Below, piece by piece: positions 27,001 through 36,156 of a stretch of DNA of 64,000 nucleotides (its first letter is position 1; each line of letters opens with the position of its first letter). This DNA is from Enterococcus phage 9181. Under the pieces are notes generated by a model that saw only the letters and a program-made list of their open reading frames with translations, made no database searches and was not told the origin of the DNA. The translations under genes and the position numbers were made by a program. The DNA is taken from sequence record MT939240.1. One strand, given 5' to 3'.

Positions 27001-27512
27001 TGACAAGATATGCTTTTCATATAGGTGACAAGGTTATGCACAGGGTTCATACAGGAAAGCCTTACTTATTAATGGAGATAGCAGAAGAGATTGACACTAA
27101 TGATCCACACGAGAGAGTTAGTATAAAGTATTTGACAATGCCCGATAAGATTGTTTACCTAGAAGTAGCAGATTTAGTGCTTGCTACTGAAAAAGAAGAC
27201 GGTAGTTACGAAGCTGTTAAAGTAGAACCAGTTGACGAAAGTATTTTTGAGTCTATGCCAACAGAAGACTGTTACAAGGTGCCAGTACCTCGTGAAATGG
27301 CTCGTTTCTTAGATCAATACAAAGCTCTGGATATTGACTCATTAGACACCATCATTGACGCTTGGTTAGAAAGTCCTTATTGGGATGAGTATATGGAAAG
27401 CAAGGCTAGTGACCACTTGCGTTGGGACTACTTGTTGGTAGATGCCGTTCGCAAAGGATATACGATCTCAAAAGTATTTGATAAAGATTATATGGAGGAG
27501 TATTATCTATGA
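26997..27512 (+). CDS. Hypothetical protein (171 aa) with HIGDKVMH motif
   Basis: Overlapping start. Confidence 0.5.
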   Translation: MMTRYAFHIGDKVMHRVHTGKPYLLMEIAEEIDTNDPHERVSIKYLTMPDKIVYLEVADLVLATEKEDGSYEAVKVEPVDESIFESMPTEDCYKVPVPREMARFLDQYKALDIDSLDTIIDAWLESPYWDEYMESKASDHLRWDYLLVDAVRKGYTISKVFDKDYMEEYYL

Positions 27513-27958
27513 GAGAACCTATTTTCAGAGTGTATGTGAACAAGGTGGGGTATTTAGCCCCTCCCCAATTCCTCATTACACCACGTGGGGACGTTTTGCT
27601 CAACAATGGGGACGACACTTGGTCATACCCTCCGCAAGACCTTGCCTACGTACTTGAACGAAGACTTAGTACAACCAGTGTAAACGGCTCCGAGGTTATC
27701 TTTGAAGGAGACCTCGTTAAACTTATTCCTGAGACTTTTGATAGTGTTGAACCAACCTTTGGATATGCTGCCATACGAGACGGTAAGGAAGGTATTGTAC
27801 TTGAGGGAGACATAGACTTTATCGGACTCCATGACAACGGCGCTGATCGCAAGCTAGAGAAGCTTGGTAAGAATACTACGTGGGGCGAGCCTTACGATAT
27901 TGAAAAGATTATTAAAGACTTTTATGAAAGAGAGGGTATAGATACCGTTGGGAATTAA
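27509..27958 (+). CDS. Hypothetical protein (149 aa)
   Basis: Overlapping start. Confidence 0.5.
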   Translation: MREPIFRVYVNKVGYLAPPQFLITPRGDVLLNNGDDTWSYPPQDLAYVLERRLSTTSVNGSEVIFEGDLVKLIPETFDSVEPTFGYAAIRDGKEGIVLEGDIDFIGLHDNGADRKLEKLGKNTTWGEPYDIEKIIKDFYEREGIDTVGN

Positions 27959-28551
27959 CTTGAAGGACTTTATCAAAGCGGACAACATTAAGCTTAGTCG
28001 AGAAGAAGTCAAAGAGTTTTTGCAAAGCTTTCTTGACATTAAGGAAGGCGAAGAATGGGCACAGGTAGAGGACTTTCCCTAAATACTTTGTGAGCACCTT
28101 TGGCAGAGTGCTTTCCTTGAAGACTAGCAATGTTAAATTTATTGGCACGAAGCCTAATCATACGTTTGGGTATACGGGTATTACACTAATTAGTGCTAAT
28201 AGTAAAAGGAGAACCACCTTGCACAGAATCGTGGCAGAAACTTTTATCCCAAAGCCACCAGAGTGGAGAGAAGATTGGCATGTAAATCACATCTCAGGAG
28301 ACCCTACTAATAATTCAGTTACCAACTTAGAGTGGTGCACTGCAAGTGAAAATTATTTACATCCTAACTGTAACCGTAAACGCTCTAAAAAAGTTCGTCG
28401 GATAAGCATTGAAGACGGATCGACAGAAATTTTTCTCAATGCCTCTGTAGCGGCTAGATCAGTTGGTGGTAGGGCTTCAGAGGTTTGGCGAAAGTGTAAT
28501 AAAGCCTCTAAAAAATTAGATTATATGAATTATTTTTGGGAGTGGGCTTAG
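27948..28551 (+). pseudogene. HNH/NUMOD4 homing endonuclease interrupted by a +1 frame change at CCC-TAA (28077-28082). Either a programmed +1 frameshift or a pseudogene.
   Basis: The frame-3 ORF 27948-28082 ends ...GEEWAQVEDFP*. The frame-1 ORF from 28069 continues KYFVSTFGRVLSL...NHISGDPTNNSVTNLEW. Together these give a contiguous NUMOD4 motif (EEW..V..FP.Y.VS..GRV) followed by the HNH motif. Confidence 0.5.
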
Positions 28552-28608
28552 CGCCTGCTCCTATTAGCGTTTGCGAAAGATTTTTCTATCTCTTAAATTT
28601 CTCGATTA

Positions 28609-28690
28609 TTTTCCTAACCTTCAAGTTTTTAAAAAATTTTCCTAACCTTCAAGTTTTTAAAAAATTTTCCTAACCTTCAAATTTTCGTTT
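28609..28690. repeat. Tandem direct repeat, 3 copies of a 28-bp unit TTTTCCTAACCTTCAAGTTTTTAAAAAA
   Basis: Copies at 28609-28636 and 28637-28664, and a degenerate copy from 28665. Confidence 0.9.
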
Positions 28691-29033
28691 TATTTTTTTT
28701 TGACTTTCAAAAATCAAGAAATTTTTTCCTCTTAAGCTAAATTTTATACTTTTTTTCAATATACTATTTGAAATTCGTGTCATATACGAGCATTCTGGCG
28801 CCTTTTCAAAAGTCTTCCCGACCAATTACCCACTTAAAAACCTCAGGCAACGCCTCTGCCACACCTCGATCCACCACCTTGACCAAAAATGTTACGAATA
28901 CACGCATCAAAAAGCGTTTAGTTAGTTTGAACGTAACAACTTTATGATCCTTTCAATAAAAGATATTTAATAAGCATACAGCAAAGCATATTCAGGAGCA
29001 TATGAAATGCTGATTATGAGCATATGGAAACAT

Positions 29034-29195
29034 GTTCCCCAGATTTTTGAAGAACTTCACTTAAAATATAACAAAAACATCCCCAGAATTTTGCATACAC
29101 TCCCCCAGATTTTAAAAGAAAATCACATAAAACATAGTAGTGGTGTGTGCGTGTGTGCCCCCAGATTTTTTAAAAAACACACATAAAACGTAATG
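29034..29195. repeat. Dispersed direct repeats. Four copies of CCCCAGA(T/A)TTT, each followed by an A-rich run and a CAC(A/T)TAAAAC box.
   Basis: Copies at 29037, 29081, 29102 and 29158. Confidence 0.85.
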
Positions 29196-29552
29196 AAAAA
29201 CACTTACTTGAAAAGCTATCAAAATAACACTTTTTAAGTCAAAATTAAAGGAAAAAAATGCCCCTTTCCAGATCAATAAAATAACGAACTTCCTACCGAA
29301 AACATTAAAACCTTTAAAAGCGCCCTATTTTGCACACGTAAAAAAGCCTTGAAAGCCTTGATGTTATTGGGTTTGTGGCTGTTTTTAGTGTCCAATTTGT
29401 AAAAGTTTCTACTATTAAAAGCCACAAAAAAGAACGCCAAAAAACTTTTTAGGGAAAATAAGAGAAAACTCTTGTATTTATTTTCGATATGTATATAATA
29501 AAGAGTGTAGAGAACAACAAAACAAAAATAACAGCAAAAAGGGGGTTTTGGT

Positions 29553-29639
29553 ATGTTTGGCTTTTGGGTATCTATGTTAGTGATGTCTTTGCTAGTTTGT
29601 GGCTTTGTCGAGTGGTTAGGCAACGGCGAAAAGAAATAA
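29553..29639 (+). CDS. Tiny hydrophobic peptide (28 aa)
   Basis: RBS AAAGGGGG precedes the ATG. Single TM. Confidence 0.3.
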   Translation: MFGFWVSMLVMSLLVCGFVEWLGNGEKK

Positions 29640-29782
29640 CAGAAAGTTGAAAAAAGTGTTTGACAACCTCGAAAATGTTTGATACACTTAATGAGTATTA
29701 AAAAGTAACATCTATTCGGACGAGCTTCAAAATGTTTCACTTATTCTAACTGTTTCAAAAATACACTTAAGGAGGTTTGCAC

Positions 29783-29889
29783 GTGTTTAATTATCGGAAT
29801 GAAAAGCAACAAAAAGAGCGTGACTTTTTTACACGTTGGTTCATCATTCTAGGGGCTTTCATAGGAATTGCGTTGGCTTGGTTCATGTA
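29783..29889 (+). CDS. Tiny hydrophobic peptide (35 aa, GTG start)
   Basis: RBS TTAAGGAGG 6 nt upstream of the GTG. Confidence 0.35.
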
Positions 29890-29992
29890 AAAAGATTTTA
29901 AAAAGGACTTGCGAAGCAAGCGCCAAAATGCTATCATGAAAAAGTAGTCAAAAGGTTATAAAAAACTAACTTATAAAAAGGGGTTTTCAAAA

Positions 29993-30400
29993 ATGAAAAT
30001 TATTAAAACAGTAGAAAAACTTATTGAACGTGCAGAAAGAAAAGGCGTCGCAACTTTAAATAGAAAAGTAAATCAAGGTTACGGCGTTTATTACACTAGT
30101 GAAGTTTATCGAGTGGAAAAAGAGGGCAATATTTTCACGCTTTACCACTACGAAACAAAAACATGCCAGATTGACACAGCAACAGAGGAAATTTTGTATG
30201 TTTATGGTGAAAGCGTAAGCGATGCGGATAGCATTTTTACTTTTTTACATTATTTCGATATCGTGCTATCGTTTGGCTATAAACCAGTAAACGGTGGGTT
30301 TTATGCCAGCGTTAACGGTAAACAAATATTTATAGATGACTTTGACCGATTGGAAAACTTCACCAAAGCAATTAAAAAAGAAATTAAAACTAACTTATAA
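29993..30400 (+). CDS. Hypothetical protein (135 aa), first cassette-leader gene
   Basis: Preceded by the conserved leader AACTAACTTATAAAAAGGGGTTTTCAAAAATG. Confidence 0.6.
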   Translation: MKIIKTVEKLIERAERKGVATLNRKVNQGYGVYYTSEVYRVEKEGNIFTLYHYETKTCQIDTATEEILYVYGESVSDADSIFTFLHYFDIVLSFGYKPVNGGFYASVNGKQIFIDDFDRLENFTKAIKKEIKTNL

Positions 30401-30415
30401 AAAGGAGTTTTCAAA

Positions 30416-30883
30416 ATGAAAAAACTAACAAAAAACGAACAACATCAAAATGCAATCGAAGAGGCAACTCAAAGACTTATCAAAAAAGTGAATGATGTTA
30501 TTAATAGTCTTTCACAAGATGAAAAATTCTATACACTTTTAAATCTATCTCAGCAAGTTAACTCTTATGATTGTTCACTTGACACCTGTATCGAACCGAT
30601 TTCATTTATTGATGACTATCTTGCAGAAATGCCTTTTCTGGAAGCATTACAAAAAATAGACATGGATAATTTTGACCCATTAGATGATTATCTAATCATG
30701 ACTATCTATGGTATTGAATCGGCGGACGAGGCAAAAGCCTTAGAAGCTCTCGAATTAATACAAGATGAAATAGTAGAGGGAACTATTTTAAATTGGGAAC
30801 ATATTTATTATTATGATATCAATGAAAATATAGTTAACCTCATCAACAAATTTTATGAACTACTTGAAAGCAAAGAGGGGTAA
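30416..30883 (+). CDS. Acidic hypothetical protein (155 aa), second cassette-leader gene
   Basis: Same leader. Starts MKKLT. Confidence 0.6.
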   Translation: MKKLTKNEQHQNAIEEATQRLIKKVNDVINSLSQDEKFYTLLNLSQQVNSYDCSLDTCIEPISFIDDYLAEMPFLEALQKIDMDNFDPLDDYLIMTIYGIESADEAKALEALELIQDEIVEGTILNWEHIYYYDINENIVNLINKFYELLESKEG

Positions 30884-30886
30884 AAT

Positions 30887-31168
30887 TTGGCAACTAACTT
30901 CGAATTCATTCATAAGCAACTAGAGAGAAGCTTCCATCCCATCAATGACTTAAAACGCTCGCAAGTTTTAATGCGACAAGAAACAAAAAACCTACTAACA
31001 CAGATCAAGAAAGGGGCTTCCGTCAAAGATTTGGCGGAACCTTTGGAAAAAATGGTAAAAGACTTTGACCAACTAGCCTCGGACGTTCTTTCCGTGGAAT
31101 GTTATGTTAGGTCAATAAAAAACCCCATTCAGGAATCACTAGGAAGGAGGGTCAACAGTCATGACTAG
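30887..31168 (+). CDS. Hypothetical protein (93 aa, TTG start)
   Basis: GAGGGG RBS. Confidence 0.45.
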   Translation: MATNFEFIHKQLERSFHPINDLKRSQVLMRQETKNLLTQIKKGASVKDLAEPLEKMVKDFDQLASDVLSVECYVRSIKNPIQESLGRRVNSHD

Positions 31169-31466
31169 CCTATTAATTGGGGCGCTTGCTTTGGTTGGTT
31201 CGTTTACAGTCTATTATTACGCTTTCAAGGTTATATCAAACTTTTTAGACTGGATGAATGATTTTAAGTATAAAATAGAAAGGCAATCACAAAAGACAAG
31301 GGATAAAATAGCCGTAAAAAAATTCCTTAAGGAAGAAAAAGAAAGAGAGTTACAAGAGGCAATCTTACGAATGAAAGCCGAAAAACTTAAAAAAGAGAAA
31401 ATGTTAAGCGACCTAGCTAACGACTTAGAAAACGACGACACAAAAGAAGAGTACAAAACTTTTTAA
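31161..31466 (+). CDS. Membrane-anchored coiled-coil protein (101 aa)
   Basis: N-terminal TM helix, then a K/E-rich helix. Confidence 0.5.
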   Translation: MTSLLIGALALVGSFTVYYYAFKVISNFLDWMNDFKYKIERQSQKTRDKIAVKKFLKEEKERELQEAILRMKAEKLKKEKMLSDLANDLENDDTKEEYKTF

Positions 31467-31487
31467 TTAAAAAGGAGACTGGAAAAC

Positions 31488-31826
31488 ATGGAAAACAAAA
31501 AAGAGTTATTCATAAATAAAGGAGAAAAAAGGACTCAAGTAACTGACGGAAAAAATGCCGTATCATTCGAGCGTGTAAATAACGACATTTATGGAAATCC
31601 CCTCTACAGGGTGTATCCCGTAACTTATTCATTCAGAAGATTGAAAAGCGTATACAGAAATTATGAGAGTAAAGGTTACTACCTTGTTCAATCCTATAAC
31701 ATTCTGGCAGATTGTGCCCGTATTATTGACGAGGTTAACAACCTTGTAACGCTTCCCGAAAATTGGCGAACTGATTTCGATTACTATAAGGCGCTCGGAT
31801 ACACAAAAACAACGGCATTTATATAA
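31488..31826 (+). CDS. Hypothetical protein (112 aa)
   Basis: RBS AAAGGAG. Confidence 0.55.
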   Translation: MENKKELFINKGEKRTQVTDGKNAVSFERVNNDIYGNPLYRVYPVTYSFRRLKSVYRNYESKGYYLVQSYNILADCARIIDEVNNLVTLPENWRTDFDYYKALGYTKTTAFI

Positions 31827-31867
31827 AACGGATAAGAAAAGTTGAAAAATAAATTAAAAGGTGGAAA

Positions 31868-32149
31868 ATGAAAATGAAAATGAAAAATAGAGAGTATGAA
31901 AAAATTAAAGAATCGTTGGCTGCTTTTGGTGTAGAAAAGATAATAGCATATAAGATGCAACTCGAGGAGCTATTTGCTTCAGGTGAAAGCAACATAAAAA
32001 ACGTAGAGACCCGCTTGATTTTTGAAGTGTATTATGCTTGTGTACCTAAGGAATTGCGTAAGGATATTATGGACAATAACGATTATAACGACGCGCATAT
32101 TAAAACAGCAGTAAAAAAAGCTTTGAAAGAGTTGGGGATTTTAAAATGA
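31868..32149 (+). CDS. Hypothetical protein (93 aa)
   Basis: RBS AAGGTGG. Confidence 0.5.
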   Translation: MKMKMKNREYEKIKESLAAFGVEKIIAYKMQLEELFASGESNIKNVETRLIFEVYYACVPKELRKDIMDNNDYNDAHIKTAVKKALKELGILK

Positions 32150-32237
32150 ACGTGAAAGAGTAGGCTACACGAGAACAGGCAAAGGAAAACGGGCACGACC
32201 GCCGAAAACAAAACAATCAAAAAGGGGATAATTATCA

Positions 32238-32393
32238 TGCTAAACTTATTCATATTTTTATCACTTGTCAAAGGTGCATTCATTCTATTCGCAATCATTT
32301 CTGTAATTGCCGTTATTGGAATTTTTGCAATGTCTCAAAAAGCACTAGAAACAAAAATCAAAGAATTAAAACAATCAGGAGGCAAGTGGTAAA
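32238..32393 (+). CDS. Small membrane peptide (51 aa)
   Basis: RBS AAAGGGG. Strongly hydrophobic. Confidence 0.4.
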
Positions 32394-32394
32394 A

Positions 32395-32562
32395 TGAAAA
32401 AAGCAAACATTCAAACAAAACTCGAAAAACTTTGGTTAACTTATGTAATACAGCCCGAAAAGGTTCGTAACGAGCTATCTTTTACGGATTGGGTTTGTGT
32501 CGATAAGGATTGGCTAGTGGAAGAAAGAGAAAGACAAGCGAGCGTCAAGGCAACCAACTAAA
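32395..32562 (+). CDS. Small hypothetical protein (55 aa)
   Basis: RBS GGAGG. Confidence 0.4.
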
Positions 32563-32672
32563 AAAAACTAGAGAGGTTGGCAAGTTATACTTGTAAGCCT
32601 CTTTTTAATATGCTAATATAAAGGAGTAGTCAAAGAGCTATAAAAACTAACTTATAAAAAGGGGTTTTCAAA

Positions 32673-33122
32673 ATGAAAAAACTAACAACGCTAATCATTA
32701 TTACACTGGGAACGGTTCTGGCAACCTTTGCCACACCTCAAGAAACAAAGGCGGACACACTAAACGAATACACGGGAACGGCGTTCGCAAAAACTTTTAA
32801 AGTTGAAATGAATAAAAAAGAATACTTGCTAGCGATTGGGCAATCTGATTTTTATAGCTTCATACCTATGGAAAAAGCGAAGGAATTGGATATAAAAGAA
32901 GGACATATCTATAATATGTATTTTATGCGTGATAGTTATGAAGTATTTGCGATAGTTGACTATTCGGCGCCTCAATTTAAAGAGGGTAAAGACATCAAAG
33001 CACTACTTAACAACAATAAGAATTTCACGAAAGAGAATATCAAAGCAACAATCAAGGCGGAAGAAGATAACGCTATTCAGTGGGACTTAGGTATTACAAT
33101 GGACAAGATAGCAAGCTTATAA
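32673..33122 (+). CDS. Secreted protein with signal peptide (149 aa), third cassette-leader gene
   Basis: Same conserved leader. Starts MKKLTTLIIITLGTVLATFATPQETKA with an AxA-type cleavage site. A terminator follows. Confidence 0.6.
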   Translation: MKKLTTLIIITLGTVLATFATPQETKADTLNEYTGTAFAKTFKVEMNKKEYLLAIGQSDFYSFIPMEKAKELDIKEGHIYNMYFMRDSYEVFAIVDYSAPQFKEGKDIKALLNNNKNFTKENIKATIKAEEDNAIQWDLGITMDKIASL

Positions 33123-33152
33123 AAGAGCTAACAAAGATTTAACGAGGGGCGT

Positions 33153-33180
33153 TTGATACGCCTCTTTTTTATGCCCTTAA
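33153..33180 (+). terminator. Rho-independent terminator
   Basis: GAGGCGT-TTGAT-ACGCCTC followed by TTTTTT. Confidence 0.65.
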
Positions 33181-34394
33181 ATACTACTAACTAACGAAGC
33201 ATATGAGAACATTAAGCGACCAACGGACAAGCGACGGAATAAACAGGCGCTTATAATGCTCGTGTGTGCAATGATCTAATAAGGATACGGGAAGGCGTGT
33301 GTACTCCTTTAATAAGAGGCGTTTAAAATCCTTATAATATAGTTATGGGATAAGCTTGTGGGTTATGTAATGGATACACCTTTGACACACCCCCCCACTG
33401 ATTGGCTGCCAGCAAGAAGCCCCTCACGGTAACCCTATATAATACTATATTAAAAGCCTCGCAGAACGTACGAGAAGCCTCTCTAATGTAATAGGTAAGT
33501 ATATCATAATACTATTAAAAAGGTGGCAAAGTGTCTCTTTTGTAATAGTTAAAGGTAGCCCCATTTATTAGGCGTTAAGATAATCATCTGGCAATCATTT
33601 TCGGGAGGGGGCTATTTTATGCACGGGGCTTTTTGTGGTGGGCATTAGATTGGTGGGGCATAGCTTTGTCGGGGGCTTCTTATTGTGGTGGTTAAATAGT
33701 TTGCAAAGGTTTGGCTTTCCTTTGACGATACTGTTGTGATCCTTTTGAAATGGTAGTGGACTACGGACTCACACACCTAAAACACAATAGGGGTCGGGAG
33801 GTGTGGCAAAGGATCGGACACCCTACTAATCTCCCTACCATATTAATGGGATAATCGAGGCATGACCACGCCACACACAACGCCCCATTCATGCCCTCTA
33901 TAGTAAGGTGTATATGATGGGCTTCTCTTAGTTTACATAATGTACATTATACAAAGTAGTTTAATATATTAAGATAGCCTTGCCACGGCATGCATAGGGT
34001 AGCACCACACCACCACACACACGACCACGACAAGGCATGACCATCACTTCATAATAACAACAGCACACACACCGCCCGTCACACCACCACACACCACGAG
34101 CCACGCACACAGGTGAATGACCATAGCATAACAGAACGGCAGGCACCCCGAAGGGAGGGGGTAACTTAAAATTTTTGACGCGAGCCCGTGGACACTCAGT
34201 CTCTTGGAAATTTCGGATTTTCCCAAAAGGGGTCGTCAATTTTATTTTTTCTGGATTTCCTAAAGGGGCTCCGAAGCCTTTGCAATACCCTTACACACGA
34301 GGCGTTCACACAAGCTTTACACCTGATCCCACACTAGGCTTCACACACAAGTAATACACACACGGAGTGAAGAAAAGGTTACACATGAGCAATG

Positions 34395-34508
34395 CTAAAC
34401 GCCGCTCTTATTATCATTCTGATGATACTTTCTAAGTGATCTTGTTGCCAACCATCTTCCGATAAACGCCCCAATAGTTACCCACACCACTATCGTAAAT
34501 ACTCTCAC
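34395..34508 (-). CDS. Small membrane peptide (37 aa, GTG start)
   Basis: Strong RBS AGGAGG lies 6 nt upstream of the GTG on the minus strand. Confidence 0.35.
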   Translation of the reverse strand: MRVFTIVVWVTIGAFIGRWLATRSLRKYHQNDNKSGV

Positions 34509-34697
34509 AGCAAACTCCTCCTATATAAATCTAATAGCTTCTTTTACAGGCTCTGCGAACGGCAAGAACCTTGGGTCAATGTCTTCAATTTCCTTCTTAG
34601 TTAACTGGTAACCAGACTTACACCAGTAGCGTAGCTCTTCACTAGGAACCATCTTATAGTCATTTCGATCAGTGTTTACTTTAACGAGATACTGTCC

Positions 34698-35060
34698 TCA
34701 GATAATGACTTCGAAACGCTTCTCTCGATCCACTTCATAACCAACCTCCAAGGCTTTGAAAAAGGTCTTGACATTATGGTTTGATCCAAGCCATTCAGCT
34801 AGGTCTTCATCACAATCCTTGTTGTTGATAGCCTGCTCTATGCTAAAGGTGAATCTACTAATAGATTTTTCCATCCGCTTGATAAACTCACCCACATATG
34901 GTGGCACTACTGGTTTCTCGAATGGGGCACCATCAATCTGTTCTACAACACACAAAGCATCCTCATAGGCAGCTTTCCTAGAAACGCTCTCTATATCATC
35001 CCATTCCTGTAAGTATCCAATAACGTTTTTTAACTGTCTGACTGCTTCTTGTTTGTCCAT
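34698..35060 (-). CDS. DUF1642-like phage protein (120 aa)
   Basis: Shares the KPVVP.YV.E motif with the ORFs at 39253 and 40702. Confidence 0.55.
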   Translation of the reverse strand: MDKQEAVRQLKNVIGYLQEWDDIESVSRKAAYEDALCVVEQIDGAPFEKPVVPPYVGEFIKRMEKSISRFTFSIEQAINNKDCDEDLAEWLGSNHNVKTFFKALEVGYEVDREKRFEVII

Positions 35061-35152
35061 CTAATTCCCCCTAATACTTTATACTCCTTATTATACAGTA
35101 TCAAAAGGGTTTCTGTCAAGCACAAAAAAGACACCCTTAAGGTGCCTCTTGG

Positions 35153-35398
35153 TTAGTCTAGTCCATGGTAATACTGTATTTCCTGTTGCTTGCCAATGAT
35201 CACATAAAGGATATTACTGTTTGTAGTCGGCGTGATAACAGTCCCTCGATTGGAGAATTGTACAATACGGCTTTTAAACTGATTTGATACTTGGTCTGAT
35301 GCCGTAGCTCCGTACAAGCTTTCCTTAACATAATAAGATAGCTTTTCCCCATCCTTGAAGACAATGGTTACCTCTCTGCACTTGTCACTTCTGCTCAT
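35153..35398 (-). CDS. Hypothetical protein (81 aa)
   Basis: Overlapping stop/start with the upstream gene. Confidence 0.5.
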   Translation of the reverse strand: MSRSDKCREVTIVFKDGEKLSYYVKESLYGATASDQVSNQFKSRIVQFSNRGTVITPTTNSNILYVIIGKQQEIQYYHGLD

Positions 35399-35790
35399 TT
35401 AGGTTCCTCCAATTCAGTGATGTACAAGCCTGAGTCAACGGCTTTCCAAAGGTCGCTAACATCAGTGATGTAATCATCTTCCATAATCTCTTTTAGCTCA
35501 TCTTCCGTCCAGTATGGCTCAATGTAGTTTTCGTAAGTCCATTGACCAGCTTCTTCTTCACTTCCAAAGGTTCCCACCACTCGGTTAGTATCCAGTATGA
35601 CCACATACTTCCGAGGGCTTTCCTCATTAATCATTGGAGCGATTTTATCAGCCTTGATTACAAGTCTGTTGTGGTTAGATACAGTCGTTACTTCCACCGT
35701 TTCCCCATCCATTGAAATAAGATAGACCACAGTTCCTTTTGGATAAACGTTACCACTATGAGTTTTAACATCCTTTACTAATACATACAT
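35395..35790 (-). CDS. Hypothetical protein (131 aa)
   Basis: RBS AAGGGGGAA. Confidence 0.55.
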   Translation of the reverse strand: MYVLVKDVKTHSGNVYPKGTVVYLISMDGETVEVTTVSNHNRLVIKADKIAPMINEESPRKYVVILDTNRVVGTFGSEEEAGQWTYENYIEPYWTEDELKEIMEDDYITDVSDLWKAVDSGLYITELEEPK

Positions 35791-35802
35791 AAATATTCCC
35801 CC

Positions 35803-35952
35803 TTAAACCTCTTCGTAGTCCCACCAAATGACATCCTCATCATCTTCTAGTTGTTCACAAAGAGTTACTAATTCTTCTCGGCTAGCAACAAGTCTTTTTA
35901 GAACAACTCCATCATGTAGCTCAATAGTAAACTCAAAAAATTCTTCTTCCAT
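35803..35952 (-). CDS. Small acidic protein (49 aa)
   Basis: AGGAGG RBS. Translated by hand. Confidence 0.4.
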   Translation of the reverse strand: MEEEFFEFTIELHDGVVLKRLVASREELVTLCEQLEDDEDVIWWDYEEV

Positions 35953-36156
35953 ATGTCCTCCTTAGCGGCGTTGACCACACCTTATTAATCTCTCTTCGAA
36001 ATAATCAGTAGCAAAATGACAAGACCTACTAACAACACTCCCAGAAATAGATCAACAATAATTTCAAAAGTCATGTGTCGTCACCTCCGAGAGAAGCCCA
36101 GAACAAGCTTGCTGTCATCAGTAATAACACTGTGCCCATTGCTTCCGCAGCGAATA

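Noticed and set aside
28609-28690. Possible CRISPR array
   Set aside because: There are only three directly abutting repeat copies with no spacers. This is not CRISPR architecture, and no cas genes are present.
29273-29740. 155-aa minus-strand ORF in the AT-rich repeat region
   Set aside because: Low-complexity composition with no RBS. It spans the CCCCAGATTTT repeats and a plus-strand small ORF with a good RBS. It is probably spurious.
33961-34239. Minus-strand ORFs (92 aa and 60 aa) inside the non-coding block
   Set aside because: They are translations of CACACC/GTGGTG low-complexity tracts (Cys/Val/Gly-rich). They have no RBS and no coding periodicity.
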